A stretch of DNA of 58,523 bases, counting the filler, from Stramenopiles sp. TOSAG23-6 (lineage: Eukaryota): assembly GCA_900128565.1 (NCBI GenBank). It is 2 parts of 2 records of this genome, joined end to end, with 100 filler letters (N's around TTAATTAATTAA, not from the genome) between each part and the next. Parts side by side here need not be neighbours in the genome. Positions count along the whole stretch, not along the records: positions 1 to 29,221 come from LT635974.1; positions 29,322 to 58,523 come from LT635975.1. The stretch is one strand, 5' to 3'. This document shows, piece by piece, positions 24,484 to 34,136 of this stretch. The notes under the pieces were generated by a model. It made no database searches, was not told the DNA's origin, and worked only from the letters and a program-made list of their open reading frames with translations. The position numbers and the translations under genes are program-made. Each line of letters starts with the position of its first letter. Position 1 is the stretch's first letter.

Positions 24484-26167
24484 ATGCTACAAGCACTATC
24501 GTTGATCGCGTGGTCACTTTTCTTTTGGTTTCCTTGTTATTCTAGTTTGCGACTCCCTCTCATTCATCAACCTAGAACCAGGAGAAACGTCACTTCTCTT
24601 TCACTAGGTCAAAAAGAACCTCTTCACGATGCATATCGCAGTGCTGGAGAATTTTATCTTAATATCACCATTGGGGGACAAACTGCGACACTTTTGGTAG
24701 ACACAGGCTCTTCAGACCTTGGAGTAGTTTCTACTTTACTGCCATTTGATGATATTCCTAAAAAGACAGTACCCCCATACAACCCATCAAAATCGAGGAG
24801 AATGGACTGCGAGTGGTGTCACGAGCATCGTCATCATGGATCTTCTAATAGGTGCACACATGTCAAAGGACAAAAGACCGAGAAGCAATGTACGTATCAT
24901 CAAAGCTATATTGATGGAAGTGGCTTTTCTGCCGCAGTGTACAAAGATTATTTTTCTTTTGGGTCAAATGCCCCAAGTACCTTAAGTGTTATTGGAGCAT
25001 ATTATAAGTCGAAAAATATGGATGATTCAATTACAATGGATGGAATCATTGGCATGGCAGGTCCAGGATTAACTGCAAGTGGAGCTAATTCAACTGCATT
25101 TGATGATTTGGTTGCTTCTGGTGAAGTTGAGGATGTATTTGCAATTTGTCTTGAAAATCCGACACTGAAGCGACCAAAAACTAAAGGTCAGTTATATCTT
25201 GGTTTAGATTCTGATAATACAATAACAAAACTAAGAAATAGAAAACATGTCAATGAAGTGGACAAGATTGCAGGCATTCCACTACATCAACATTTCAATG
25301 ACACAGGAACTATTTGGACCCCGCGTGTTTTGGATAGCGACTATGTACGTTTTCATTTCAATTTCGAATTTATTTTTTTTTTGGTTTTTCGTACGAAATT
25401 TTGTACCTAACAAATTTTTTAAGATTTTTTTTGAAATATTTTTTCATAATCCATTACGCTATTGGAATTCGTGATATTCTGATAAATGGAATTTCAATTC
25501 ATGTTAGTGTGAAAATTTTAAATAATGGCGGTTCGATAGTGGACACGGGTACATCAATGGTTTGGTTACCAAAGACTGCATGGTTATCCACGAAGCGTAT
25601 CTTAAAAAAATACTGCAAGACTGAAGAAACTTGTTTACCGGGAATTTGTGTATGTTTTATATGAATTTCTAATTTATTTTTTTTTCATACGAAATTTCGT
25701 ACCTAACGATTTTTGTTTTGAAATATTTTTTCACAATACGTGATTGCGAGTTACTTTCACCCTTGTCTTATAATAAATCTATTTTGTACAATAATTGTGC
25801 TACATTAACTGAAAAGGAAATTGAAAAATTTCCATTGTTCGAGTTTGAACTTGTTGGAGGTGGCCGGATACCATATACCCCACAAAAATATCTCCGCAGT
25901 GGAACGCATACGTTTTCAAAAATTGAATTTCGATTTTGTTTTCATAGATAATTTTGTACCTAACGAATTTCGAATTTCAAAAAAATATTTTTTCACAATA
26001 TACAATTTTGTGAAGGAAATGGTCCAGTGTCCTTCGCGATGGGAGGTAACGATGATGATACAAGCGGTATGATTTTGGGGGAAAGTTTTATGTTTGGAAA
26101 TATTGTTATACATGAACGACGCAATCCGCAACGAATTGGCTTTCACCCCATTAAAAATTGTCCTTAA
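24484..26167 (+). CDS. Secreted pepsin-family (A1) aspartyl protease; 4 exons (24484-25344, 25455-25649, 25742-25907, 26004-26167)
   Basis: Signal peptide; both catalytic motifs (LLVDTGSS, IVDTGTS); DGIIGM; C-terminal ILGESFM...RIGF...C*. Confidence 0.9.
25345..25454 (+). other. Non-canonical family intron (GT...AT, 110 nt)
   Basis: gac tat|GTACGTTTTC...CATAATCCAT|tac gct restores DYYAIGIRDILING. Confidence 0.9.
25650..25741 (+). other. Non-canonical family intron (GT...GT, 92 nt)
   Basis: att tgt|GTATGTTTT...TACGAAATTTCGTACCTAAC...CACAATACGT|gat tgc joins ORFs 25401 and 25718 in frame. Confidence 0.8.
25908..26003 (+). other. Non-canonical family intron (AT...AC, 96 nt)
   Basis: acg c|ATACGTTTTC...TTGTACCTAAC...CACAATATAC|aa ttt tgt opens the terminal protease exon. 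Confidence 0.85.
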
Positions 26168-26269
26168 AAAATTGCGAAAAAAATAAAAGGAACAAACCTG
26201 TTTTCCATTAAATTAAAATTTCAATTGATTTTGCATTTTGATGTGCACACGAGGCTCCGCTCCTCCGTT

Positions 26270-26293
26270 GTTAGGTACGAATTTTCGTACGAA
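26270..26293 (-). repeat. Solo intergenic copy of the intron-family core
   Basis: TTCGTACGAAAATTCGTACCTAAC on -, with no recognisable family 5' or 3' end. Confidence 0.65.
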
Positions 26294-26517
26294 TTTGAAT
26301 ACCACTCGACGTGTTTTGCGCACACAATTATCCCCTTTTGACAAGTCGAAGTTGACTTGACAACCCTTTTTTTACACACGAGGCGAAATTTATCAAAGCA
26401 ATCAATCATCGTCTATTAAATCATCTTAGACCAACACATATCTAGTAAGGGGAATTATTTAACTTGGGAACTGGGTGTAGATTCAGTTCTAAGTGGAAGC
26501 CTTCTTTCGATTGGAGT

Positions 26518-28254
26518 ATGTTAATAGGCTCTCCTCACCACCCGTCACCTTCAAGGTCCAGTCAATTACCTGGGAGTGAAACCCTTGTAGGGTTTTGGTC
26601 AAAAAATCTGAAGTCGTTAGAGCCTTTACAATGTGATGTTGTGGATAAAAAATGTGTAGACTCTTGTAGCGATAAAAGTCAGGTACGTTCAGATCTACAT
26701 CAAAACGGAGAAATTTCGTTGGGAAGCGTTAGTTCAGACAATGATGATAAGTTACGTGCAACTTCAGTTGCGTCTAGGCCTAGAATACAAATTAGAGGTC
26801 GCCCTCGTTACAGAAATAATCGTCGGCTTTGGATTCCTGGTTCAAATTTATCTAGTGGGGGCAGTCGCATGCGGAGTAGAAGTCGCAGTAAAAGTAGAAG
26901 TCAGAGTCCTTGTAACAGCCCGAAAAAAAGAAGAAGATCTGGTGCTTTCAATAGCAATACCCATTTTTCTCTATCTCCAACTATACCCAGAGATTCTCCT
27001 TCAACTGATAAGAGAAAGGCTATTCTTGAGTTTTCTGTAGTAGGTTCAGCCGATGCTCAAGGAACTCGTGCTTATATGGAGGATCGAAATGTCATAATTG
27101 ATAAGATTGAGGAAAAGACTGAGCGACCAAACATGCAGTTTGTTGGTGTGTATGATGGTCACGGAGGGGCTGCGTGCGCGGAACATACTGCCAATTTTTT
27201 ACACAGATATCTATTTGCAGAGCTTGCAAAAGAGGAGATGGTGGTTGATGATTCGACTGCTGGTCCACATAAGTGCAAGCAACCAATTGAAGATTGGACT
27301 GCGAAAGTAACTGATAATATTTCACCAAGTGATAAAATTTTGGACAAAGATAACAAAGATAACATTAATATCAAGGATATAAACAAACCTGTAAATCCAC
27401 AAAATATAGAGAGTTCTAAAAGTAATACTAGTGTAGGAGAAAATAATTTAGATAAATTGAGTGAAAAGTCCATTTCAGACATTTTGCGTGCATCTTTTCT
27501 CGCAACTGATCAAAAGTGGCTCACGAAGGCAGGAACGCACAACCCACCACTTCGTAGTGGTTCTACAGCAGTCGTAGCTCTTTTAGATCCTGGTTGGCCT
27601 TCAGAGATTAAGACAATAGACGATGCTTTTGCTTATGTTCGTAAAACTTTTCCAGAATCGGTAGAACAAAAAAATCGAGAAAAGGAGAACAGGGCTTTGA
27701 AGGAACATCCAATACAGAGAAATATTGCTCCAAGAGTATTTATCGCCCATGCTGGAGATTCAAGAGCTGTATTGTGTCGTAGTGGACGTGCGCAGAGACT
27801 AACTAAAGATCACAAGCCGAATATCCCAGCAGAGAAAGATCGAATTCTAAGGAACGGGGGGCATGTAATTTTCCTTGGATGTTGGCGTGTTGCTAGGACT
27901 GGTGCACCATCTGCGATGGCATGTAGTCGTGCAATTGGCGATTATTCTTTGAAGCGTCCATTGTTAGTTATGACTGCTGATCCTGATATTTCGTCTTTGC
28001 CACTTCAGTGCGACGATGAGTTTTTAATTATAGCAACAGATGGCCTGTGGGATGTAGTCGCTGATCAAGATGCAATTGATTTAGTACGAGAAAAAATGAA
28101 AAAAAGTACAGGTGGAAAAAAAGATGCTCAAAGTCGTTGTACTGTTGCAGCCGAAAGTTTAGTACAAACAGCTCTTGATAAAGGGTCACAAGATAATATC
28201 ACATGTGTCGTGGTTATGTTACAATGGGCAAATGAAAACGAAACAAAACAGTAA
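26518..28254 (+). CDS. PP2C/PPM-type protein phosphatase with RS-rich N-terminus
   Basis: QGTRAYMEDR, VYDGHGG, GSTAVV, AHAGDSRAVL, DHKP, SRAIGD, IATDGLWDV, GSQDNIT. Confidence 0.92.
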   Translation: MLIGSPHHPSPSRSSQLPGSETLVGFWSKNLKSLEPLQCDVVDKKCVDSCSDKSQVRSDLHQNGEISLGSVSSDNDDKLRATSVASRPRIQIRGRPRYRNNRRLWIPGSNLSSGGSRMRSRSRSKSRSQSPCNSPKKRRRSGAFNSNTHFSLSPTIPRDSPSTDKRKAILEFSVVGSADAQGTRAYMEDRNVIIDKIEEKTERPNMQFVGVYDGHGGAACAEHTANFLHRYLFAELAKEEMVVDDSTAGPHKCKQPIEDWTAKVTDNISPSDKILDKDNKDNINIKDINKPVNPQNIESSKSNTSVGENNLDKLSEKSISDILRASFLATDQKWLTKAGTHNPPLRSGSTAVVALLDPGWPSEIKTIDDAFAYVRKTFPESVEQKNREKENRALKEHPIQRNIAPRVFIAHAGDSRAVLCRSGRAQRLTKDHKPNIPAEKDRILRNGGHVIFLGCWRVARTGAPSAMACSRAIGDYSLKRPLLVMTADPDISSLPLQCDDEFLIIATDGLWDVVADQDAIDLVREKMKKSTGGKKDAQSRCTVAAESLVQTALDKGSQDNITCVVVMLQWANENETKQ

Positions 28255-28363
28255 ATAAATCGCTTCGTTGAGCGAGTGATTATAAATTTGGTGAATGTTA
28301 AAAATACAATTTATTCCAATTTATTATTTCAACTTTTGATCTTTAGTTTTGAAACTATTTATA

Positions 28364-29161
28364 TTATTTCTCTGAAAATCCTAAACTGATTACATTAAAT
28401 AGCATTACCTCTCGAATAAGTAGTTGTAATCTCCGATTTCTCACTGAAAGACATGCACAAATATATGGCATTAAATGCAACAAATGAACTTTAGATCCAT
28501 TACCATTAGCTACTAAATGCATCCTGTTTGGTAATGTCCAAACTTGACACGCCTCCACTACGATAGGATTTAACTCCAAGGATAATAGTTTCTCTAACAT
28601 AAATGTCGTAATGTTAAAACGTATGCGTTCATCATCTGCAGTAATATCAACAAAACCATTGCCAGCATAATCTTGTGATAAATGCGCAAGATAGTTTTTT
28701 ACAACTCTACAGAGAGCACCATGGAATTTTCCACTAAGCTCCGGAGTAATATCAATGGGACTATCTTTATTCGAAAATGCAAAAAGATACTTCATACACG
28801 TTTTCGCAATACCGCCTCGGAAAGATCCTTTTTCTAACAAATTAATAAACGAATCAAACGCAGATATCTTATACACCGCAATAACTTCAAGTATATTAAC
28901 AGAATGTTTCACCAGAGAGTCTATTATTTTACACTTTTTTTTCGCATGTGGTGTCACTCTATACTCTTTCATTGATGGACGAGTCGAGTTACCAGGTACT
29001 GGTTCAGAAATAATATAAAGTCCATCCTTCGAGACATTTCCAAAGAAATGAGACAGCGAAGGTTCAGTAGGGGATACACCATCAAGTGTATCCGCAGAAT
29101 ATATAAAATAGTTAGAAGCCTTTTCGTTATCAGGATTATCAAATATAAATGATTGAATATT
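28364..29161 (-). CDS. 3' exon of a large helical protein (possibly the C-terminus of a BIG/Sec7-type ARF-GEF); 5' part lies beyond the contig break
   Basis: Open frame follows a family intron 3' end; the ending HLLHLMPYICACLS...LLIREVM is only suggestive of the family. Confidence 0.5.
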   Translation of the reverse strand, partial: NIQSFIFDNPDNEKASNYFIYSADTLDGVSPTEPSLSHFFGNVSKDGLYIISEPVPGNSTRPSMKEYRVTPHAKKKCKIIDSLVKHSVNILEVIAVYKISAFDSFINLLEKGSFRGGIAKTCMKYLFAFSNKDSPIDITPELSGKFHGALCRVVKNYLAHLSQDYAGNGFVDITADDERIRFNITTFMLEKLLSLELNPIVVEACQVWTLPNRMHLVANGNGSKVHLLHLMPYICACLSVRNRRLQLLIREVMLFNVISLGFSEK

Positions 29162-29221
29162 ATATATTTTGGAAAAATATTTCAAAAAAAAATCGTTAGG
29201 TACAAAATTTCGTACGAAAAA
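29162..29221 (-). other. 3' half of family intron (...AATATAT), truncated by assembly gap
   Basis: TTTTCGTACGAAATTTTGTACCTAACGA...TGAAATATTTTTCCAAAATATAT|aat att. Confidence 0.8.
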
Positions 29222-29321
29222 NNNNNNNNNNNNNNNNNNNNNNNNNNNNNNNNNNNNNNNNNNNNTTAATTAATTAANNNNNNNNNNNNNNNNNNNNNNN
29301 NNNNNNNNNNNNNNNNNNNNN
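29222..29321. other. Artificial contig linker (N44-TTAATTAATTAA-N44)
   Basis: Symmetric N runs around an all-frame stop oligo; the flanking genes are unrelated. Confidence 0.9.
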
Positions 29322-29375
29322 AGGTACAAAATTTCGTACGAAAAAAAATCGAATTTGAAAAAAAATAAAACGTAC
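29322..29375 (-). other. 5' half of family intron (GTACGT...), truncated by assembly gap
   Basis: gac t|GTACGTTTT...TTTTCGTACGAAATTTTGTACCT; interrupts the codon expected to be the conserved helicase Trp (D-W). Confidence 0.8.
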
Positions 29376-30183
29376 AGTCCGCCGATTTTTCTTCCGCGAG
29401 AGCTTTCAGCGCACAGATGTAAATAATTTTACCACTATTATTTTTATTACAACCATAAAGTTGAATTTCATTGATTAGTGAAAGTTCAAGTATGACAGTT
29501 TTACCAGATCCAGTTGGGGCTCCAACAACAATGTTACTTGTTTTGTAGAAAATTGTCGGGGAAACAATTTGCTGCATTTTATTAAATTCAAAAGGAAAAA
29601 CAGTACTGAAATTACTGTGAATGTTTGATCTGATGTCTGTATTATTTGACAATTCATAAGATGTTTGTTGTGTTGTTTGTTTTGTATGAATGTTGGAGAC
29701 ATTTTGTTTATGATATCTATCATTTTGTTGTATACGAGTATGTTTTTGTTGTGAATGGGTGCAAAGAATATCATCGAAAGAGTTTTGTTCGTTCTGTTTT
29801 CTGTTCCTTTTATTACAGATTCTTTTACGAGATTTAGTTGCTTTCGCACGAGCAATGCAAAGTCTCAAAGTAGACCCAGATAATCCGGTCTTTCGCTTTA
29901 TACGCGGCGGTTTAGTTAAAGGCAAGATTTGCGCACTATCATTGACAGTCTCATCTACTGTATTTATTGAATTCGTCGTCGTTGTGGTTTCTAGGGGAAA
30001 GAAGTTGTGGTTTAGTCCGTGACTCTCAACTTGGGTAATTTCTTCTGTTTCAATCATTGGAAGTTCAGACGACTTTTCCAATCCTGAACAAGTTTCTGTT
30101 GAAGTAAGATTCACTTTTGTGAAATTTTCATCCATATGACGCTTTGGTCTAAAACTATTCTTAGCGAATGAAATTCGGGGCAT
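29376..30183 (-). CDS. MER3: First exon of a MER3/HFM1-like (Ski2-like) DNA helicase, 3'-truncated
   Basis: FPFEFNKMQ, NIVVGAPTGSGKTVILEL, KIIYICALKALAEEK..D. Confidence 0.7.
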
Positions 30184-30498
30184 TTTGAATACAATTGAGT
30201 GAGTGCTGATGACTAAAGAGAATTAGTCCACTGCTATATTATATTTTATTATCAAAGGCCAACAAAAGCCTACCCAATGATTTGATCATCATGTGATGTG
30301 ATGTGAGTTGACATCAAAATTTTGTTTTTTTGAAATTTTTTTAATTTTTCGTGTTTATGTTACGAATTTCTTTTATGGAAATCTAAATCAAAGTCGACAA
30401 ATTGAAATCAGAAATATACGTTTAAAGTGGCACCACGGTAGGTACCAGGTAGGTGACGTTTAAAACTTGAAAATAAAGATTGCGGACCGACGTTGAAC

Positions 30499-30511
30499 AC
30501 CCTACCCTAAC
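30499..30511 (-). promoter_or_regulatory. Degenerate telomere-like box upstream of the MER3-like gene
   Basis: ACCCTACCCTAAC on +. Confidence 0.35.
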
Positions 30512-30588
30512 TTTTATCTATTTTGCATGATAATTTGAAAATGTGAATGAAAATATTACAAATATTGAAATTTATTTTTTTTTGTTTT

Positions 30589-32511
30589 TTACTGTGTATA
30601 AATATCCTGCAACTTTTCACAGAGTTCTAGCAATCTACTCAATTCAGTCTGAGCAACTTTATAATTTTCAACTAATACTAAAGTTTGTAACACCCAATGA
30701 AGAGAATGTAAATACTTTTTAGGCTCTAATGATTCTGTGTCTTTTTTTAAGAGTCTTTGTAAAAAAATATTTTTTAAAAAAGCTTCTTTAGGCATCACTC
30801 TCGCCGAAACACCCGCCGAAACACCAATCGGAACACCCTTTTCGTGTTTAAGATCAAGACTATCCGGAAGAAGTGAAATTATATGCCCCAAAAGTGACGA
30901 GATACATTTGATTAACATACGTACATTCTGATCAAGCAATCCTTGCAAATCGCCTTCCTTTGCGCTATTTGCGCTCTCTATTATTTTAATCATTTGACTG
31001 TTGACTGTTTCTAATTCTAATTTAACTTGTTGCATTATTTTTCTAGCTTGCATTATTTTTCTAGCTCGACGGCCACGTTCAACAGCTTGAAGTTTTGTAG
31101 CAGCCTGATCTCTTTGTTGTGCGTCAGCAGCAGCCTTAATTGGTGTTGTTGGTGGCGCAGTTGTTGTTGGTTTTACTTCAGGCAGTGACTGTTGTGGTAG
31201 TTCAGGTACTTCTGTTCTTCCTTCTTCTGTTGCTTCTTCTTTTTCAAGACCACCACCAGCAGCAGCAGCAGCCTCAACATCACTAGCAGCATCAACAGCA
31301 GCATCACCTCCTCCTCCAGAAACAGCAGCAGCACCTCCTCCTACATCAGACTCATCATCACCAACGTTAGCAGCACCACCACCTGATGCGGCTTTAGTTG
31401 GTTTTGTTGGTGATGCGGCTCCAGTTGCAGCAGAAACAGCAGCAGCATCTCCTCCTCCATCAGAATCATCATCACCACCACCTGGTGCGGCTTTAGTTGG
31501 TGGTGCGGCTCCAGCTGCAGCAGCATCTCCTCCTCCACCAGGATCATTACCATTAGAAGATTGACCACCAACAGTCTCTGGTTGAGCAGTACCTACAGCA
31601 GCACCACCACCAGTACCAGTACCAGTTCCTATTCTACCACCAGAAGGAACACCATTAGGAGCAGCAGCACCACCATTAATTGGTGTTTTTGGTGGCGCAG
31701 TTGGTGCTGGTTCTGGTAGTTCAGGTAGCGGTAGTTCCGGTAGTGGCCTTTCAGTGGGGTAAAGTTTCAAATCGGAATAACGCAATCGAGTTGTAGACAA
31801 CATTTTCTCAATAAGTACTAGAGTTTTAGACAACATATTCTCATTAGAATTAATCTCTGGATACGTAGGACACGTACATCCAGCCACGCATTTCATCCCA
31901 AACCAATGGAAACCGTCTTCAAAACAACCTAAGTATTGAAAACGAACTCGACAACCTTCACACGTAACATTAGTGGCGGCGGAAATTTGTGTTTTAATCC
32001 AGGCAACTTCTTTCTGTTCTCCATTACACTTTACTATTTCACCACCGGCAAGCAATCTCCGACCTCTCACTACAGATTGTACGTCTGTTCGATGTAGCTT
32101 ATACCATACATTGTAATCTGTTTGAAAACTCTGACTCGGACCAGGAGAACGACGTTGGTGGAAAAAGGCGAAGAGGCCCATACAGGTAACTAGCCCCACA
32201 AATAGAACGGTCGCACAAACCAAGTGGATTTTAGATGTTTTATCCCATTTTTTCATTGGGCTATAGCTAGACACATTCTTATTACATGATTCCACCTCAG
32301 TGTGAGTGATGACAACTTCTGAGTTGGGGTTGTTGGATGCGTTGTCTTCAGTATTGGCTAATTTAGTGTTTGTCGTTTCAAACCCGTCTTCGAAGTTTGA
32401 CGAAGCATAATCATTCTTGTTGCGATCTGTTGACGCTTCCCCAATAATTACAGTATTTTCTTCATTATGATTGAGATCTATTGAACTCGGTTCATCATTC
32501 GGGACGCACAT
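30589..32511 (-). CDS. Single-pass membrane protein with Cys domain, Ala/Gly/Pro-rich repeats and IQ-like motif
   Basis: TM helix LVCATVLFVGLVTCMGLFAFF, RGRRLL, GGGDAAA/PTKAA repeats, AATKLQAVERGRRARK. Confidence 0.7.
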   Translation of the reverse strand: MCVPNDEPSSIDLNHNEENTVIIGEASTDRNKNDYASSNFEDGFETTNTKLANTEDNASNNPNSEVVITHTEVESCNKNVSSYSPMKKWDKTSKIHLVCATVLFVGLVTCMGLFAFFHQRRSPGPSQSFQTDYNVWYKLHRTDVQSVVRGRRLLAGGEIVKCNGEQKEVAWIKTQISAATNVTCEGCRVRFQYLGCFEDGFHWFGMKCVAGCTCPTYPEINSNENMLSKTLVLIEKMLSTTRLRYSDLKLYPTERPLPELPLPELPEPAPTAPPKTPINGGAAAPNGVPSGGRIGTGTGTGGGAAVGTAQPETVGGQSSNGNDPGGGGDAAAAGAAPPTKAAPGGGDDDSDGGGDAAAVSAATGAASPTKPTKAASGGGAANVGDDESDVGGGAAAVSGGGGDAAVDAASDVEAAAAAGGGLEKEEATEEGRTEVPELPQQSLPEVKPTTTAPPTTPIKAAADAQQRDQAATKLQAVERGRRARKIMQARKIMQQVKLELETVNSQMIKIIESANSAKEGDLQGLLDQNVRMLIKCISSLLGHIISLLPDSLDLKHEKGVPIGVSAGVSARVMPKEAFLKNIFLQRLLKKDTESLEPKKYLHSLHWVLQTLVLVENYKVAQTELSRLLELCEKLQDIYTQ

Positions 32512-32832
32512 GTTTGTACAAAATGTACACACGAGTGCGCAATTATGTTTACGTCGTGTTGATTCTTACCAAACGGTCACACAGGAAACTGCAAAAATAT
32601 GTTCAGTGCATTTTACATTTTTCAGCTATTGTGTTTTTCGTGTTTTTCGTGTTTTTTGTGTTTTTTCCTTGAGTTCTCCACTCTGTAAAAAGTTGACGCA
32701 GAGATTCTTCGGAATTCCACAACAAGTACATTTCACATTGTATTTGCATTTTACATTACTACAGTAATCGAGATTGATTTGATTCCTCTTTCACAAGAAG
32801 AAGGATACACAATTAAATCGCTTCTTTAAATA

Positions 32833-34125
32833 ATGTCGGATATACCGATTGGCAGTTTTAACTTTGTTAGCCCCTTTCCAAATGTTGCACTGTCATCTAA
32901 TTCTATGAGACTGTCCAAAGGAAAGCCAACGGTGCTTCATCTATACACTGGCTGAGGTGGATGCTGGCCTTGCGCTGCACAGATGGACGAGTGGGCTCAG
33001 CAGTATGTAGATGCTGTAGAGTTTGTTTGTGTCAGCTGTGGTGGACCAGGGTTAGCACTAGAAATGGGCCGGGAGATGAAATTGCGACACTGTACCAATG
33101 GTTTTATCGCCAGTAAGGAGAATATGCCAAAGTGGGGTCAGTTGGGTTGTTCTGGTTTTATTATTTTTGACGATCAGCTGAATGTTGTGACAAGAAAAAC
33201 TTCAGCTTATCTAGAAGTTCGAGAGAGAGCATTTGACGATGTACGTAATATAGTTGACGGACTTTTGAAAAATATGAGTTCATCAAAAGCAGAGGTAGCT
33301 GAAGATAAGGCAAGAAAAGAGTATGCACAAAACCACAAGTGCTATGTAGACAACTGGACCGCTTCTTCTTCTGCAAATAAAGCAGTGGAAATACCAAATA
33401 TTGACACTGCATCCGTAAAACAATTGAAATCGTTTATCGTAGCTTCTGGTTTATCGGTGCATGACTGTGTGAACAAGTCTGATTTGCGTGAGCGTGCTCA
33501 AATCGCCATGTCTTCGATAGAAACAACCAACGGGGGTGGTAGCAATGCAGCTGTTGATTCTAGTAGTCTTGATAAAATGAAAGCTTATTCTTTAAAAAAG
33601 GTGAAGAGTGTTAATATTTCTATACTAGATGAAGAACATCGAATTTGTGAGGATGCCGTTGATCTCCTATTGTCTCAACAAGACAAAAATGCTTTAGAAG
33701 CTGTGAAAAAATCATTTACTCAGCATTTTTCAAATGAAGAAAAACTATTGGACCAATATTTATATGACTCCGTAGTCGATATCGATGCACCTCAAAAAAA
33801 AAGGCAAAAGTCGGAAAATAATTTGTCAAATGCTTCGTTTAGTGCTTCATCGGGACAACGAAAGTCTCATTTTGCTGATCATCAGAGGATATTGCGTAAT
33901 ATTGATTTACAATTGGAGCAAGCTGAAAGTGATCTGAAGGCTAGTAAAAAATATCGTGTACCTGCAAAATTTATTGAAGAGTTATTGAATTCATGGAAAG
34001 CTCATGAAAAATATGATCAAGGGTACGCGGAGAAATTATCGAGTGCGATGCAGGGGTGTTCAAGTAATAATGAAAATAGTACAAAAAGTAGTACGAAAAA
34101 AATGGGTTGTTCAACAAAGTCTTGA
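32833..34125 (+). CDS. Putative selenoprotein: thioredoxin-like UxxC domain fused to hemerythrin-like domain (Sec at TGA 32953-32955)
   Basis: ATG 32833 is in frame with ORF 32983: ...GKPTVLHLYTG-U-GGC-WPCAAQMDEWA; C-terminal SVNISILDEEH...HFSNEE...HFADH...H..YD. Confidence 0.8.
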
Positions 34126-34136
34126 TAGATAGTGTA

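Noticed and set aside
29266-29277. TTAATTAATTAA palindrome, and the apparent ORF or gene continuity across the N gap
   Set aside because: Standard all-frame-stop contig linker; the MER3-like exon and the 28364-29161 exon encode unrelated proteins.
32953-32955. Genome-wide UGA reassignment
   Set aside because: TGA terminates several genes here (Rab8, clpB, this gene itself), and no other in-frame TGA was seen in conserved coding regions.
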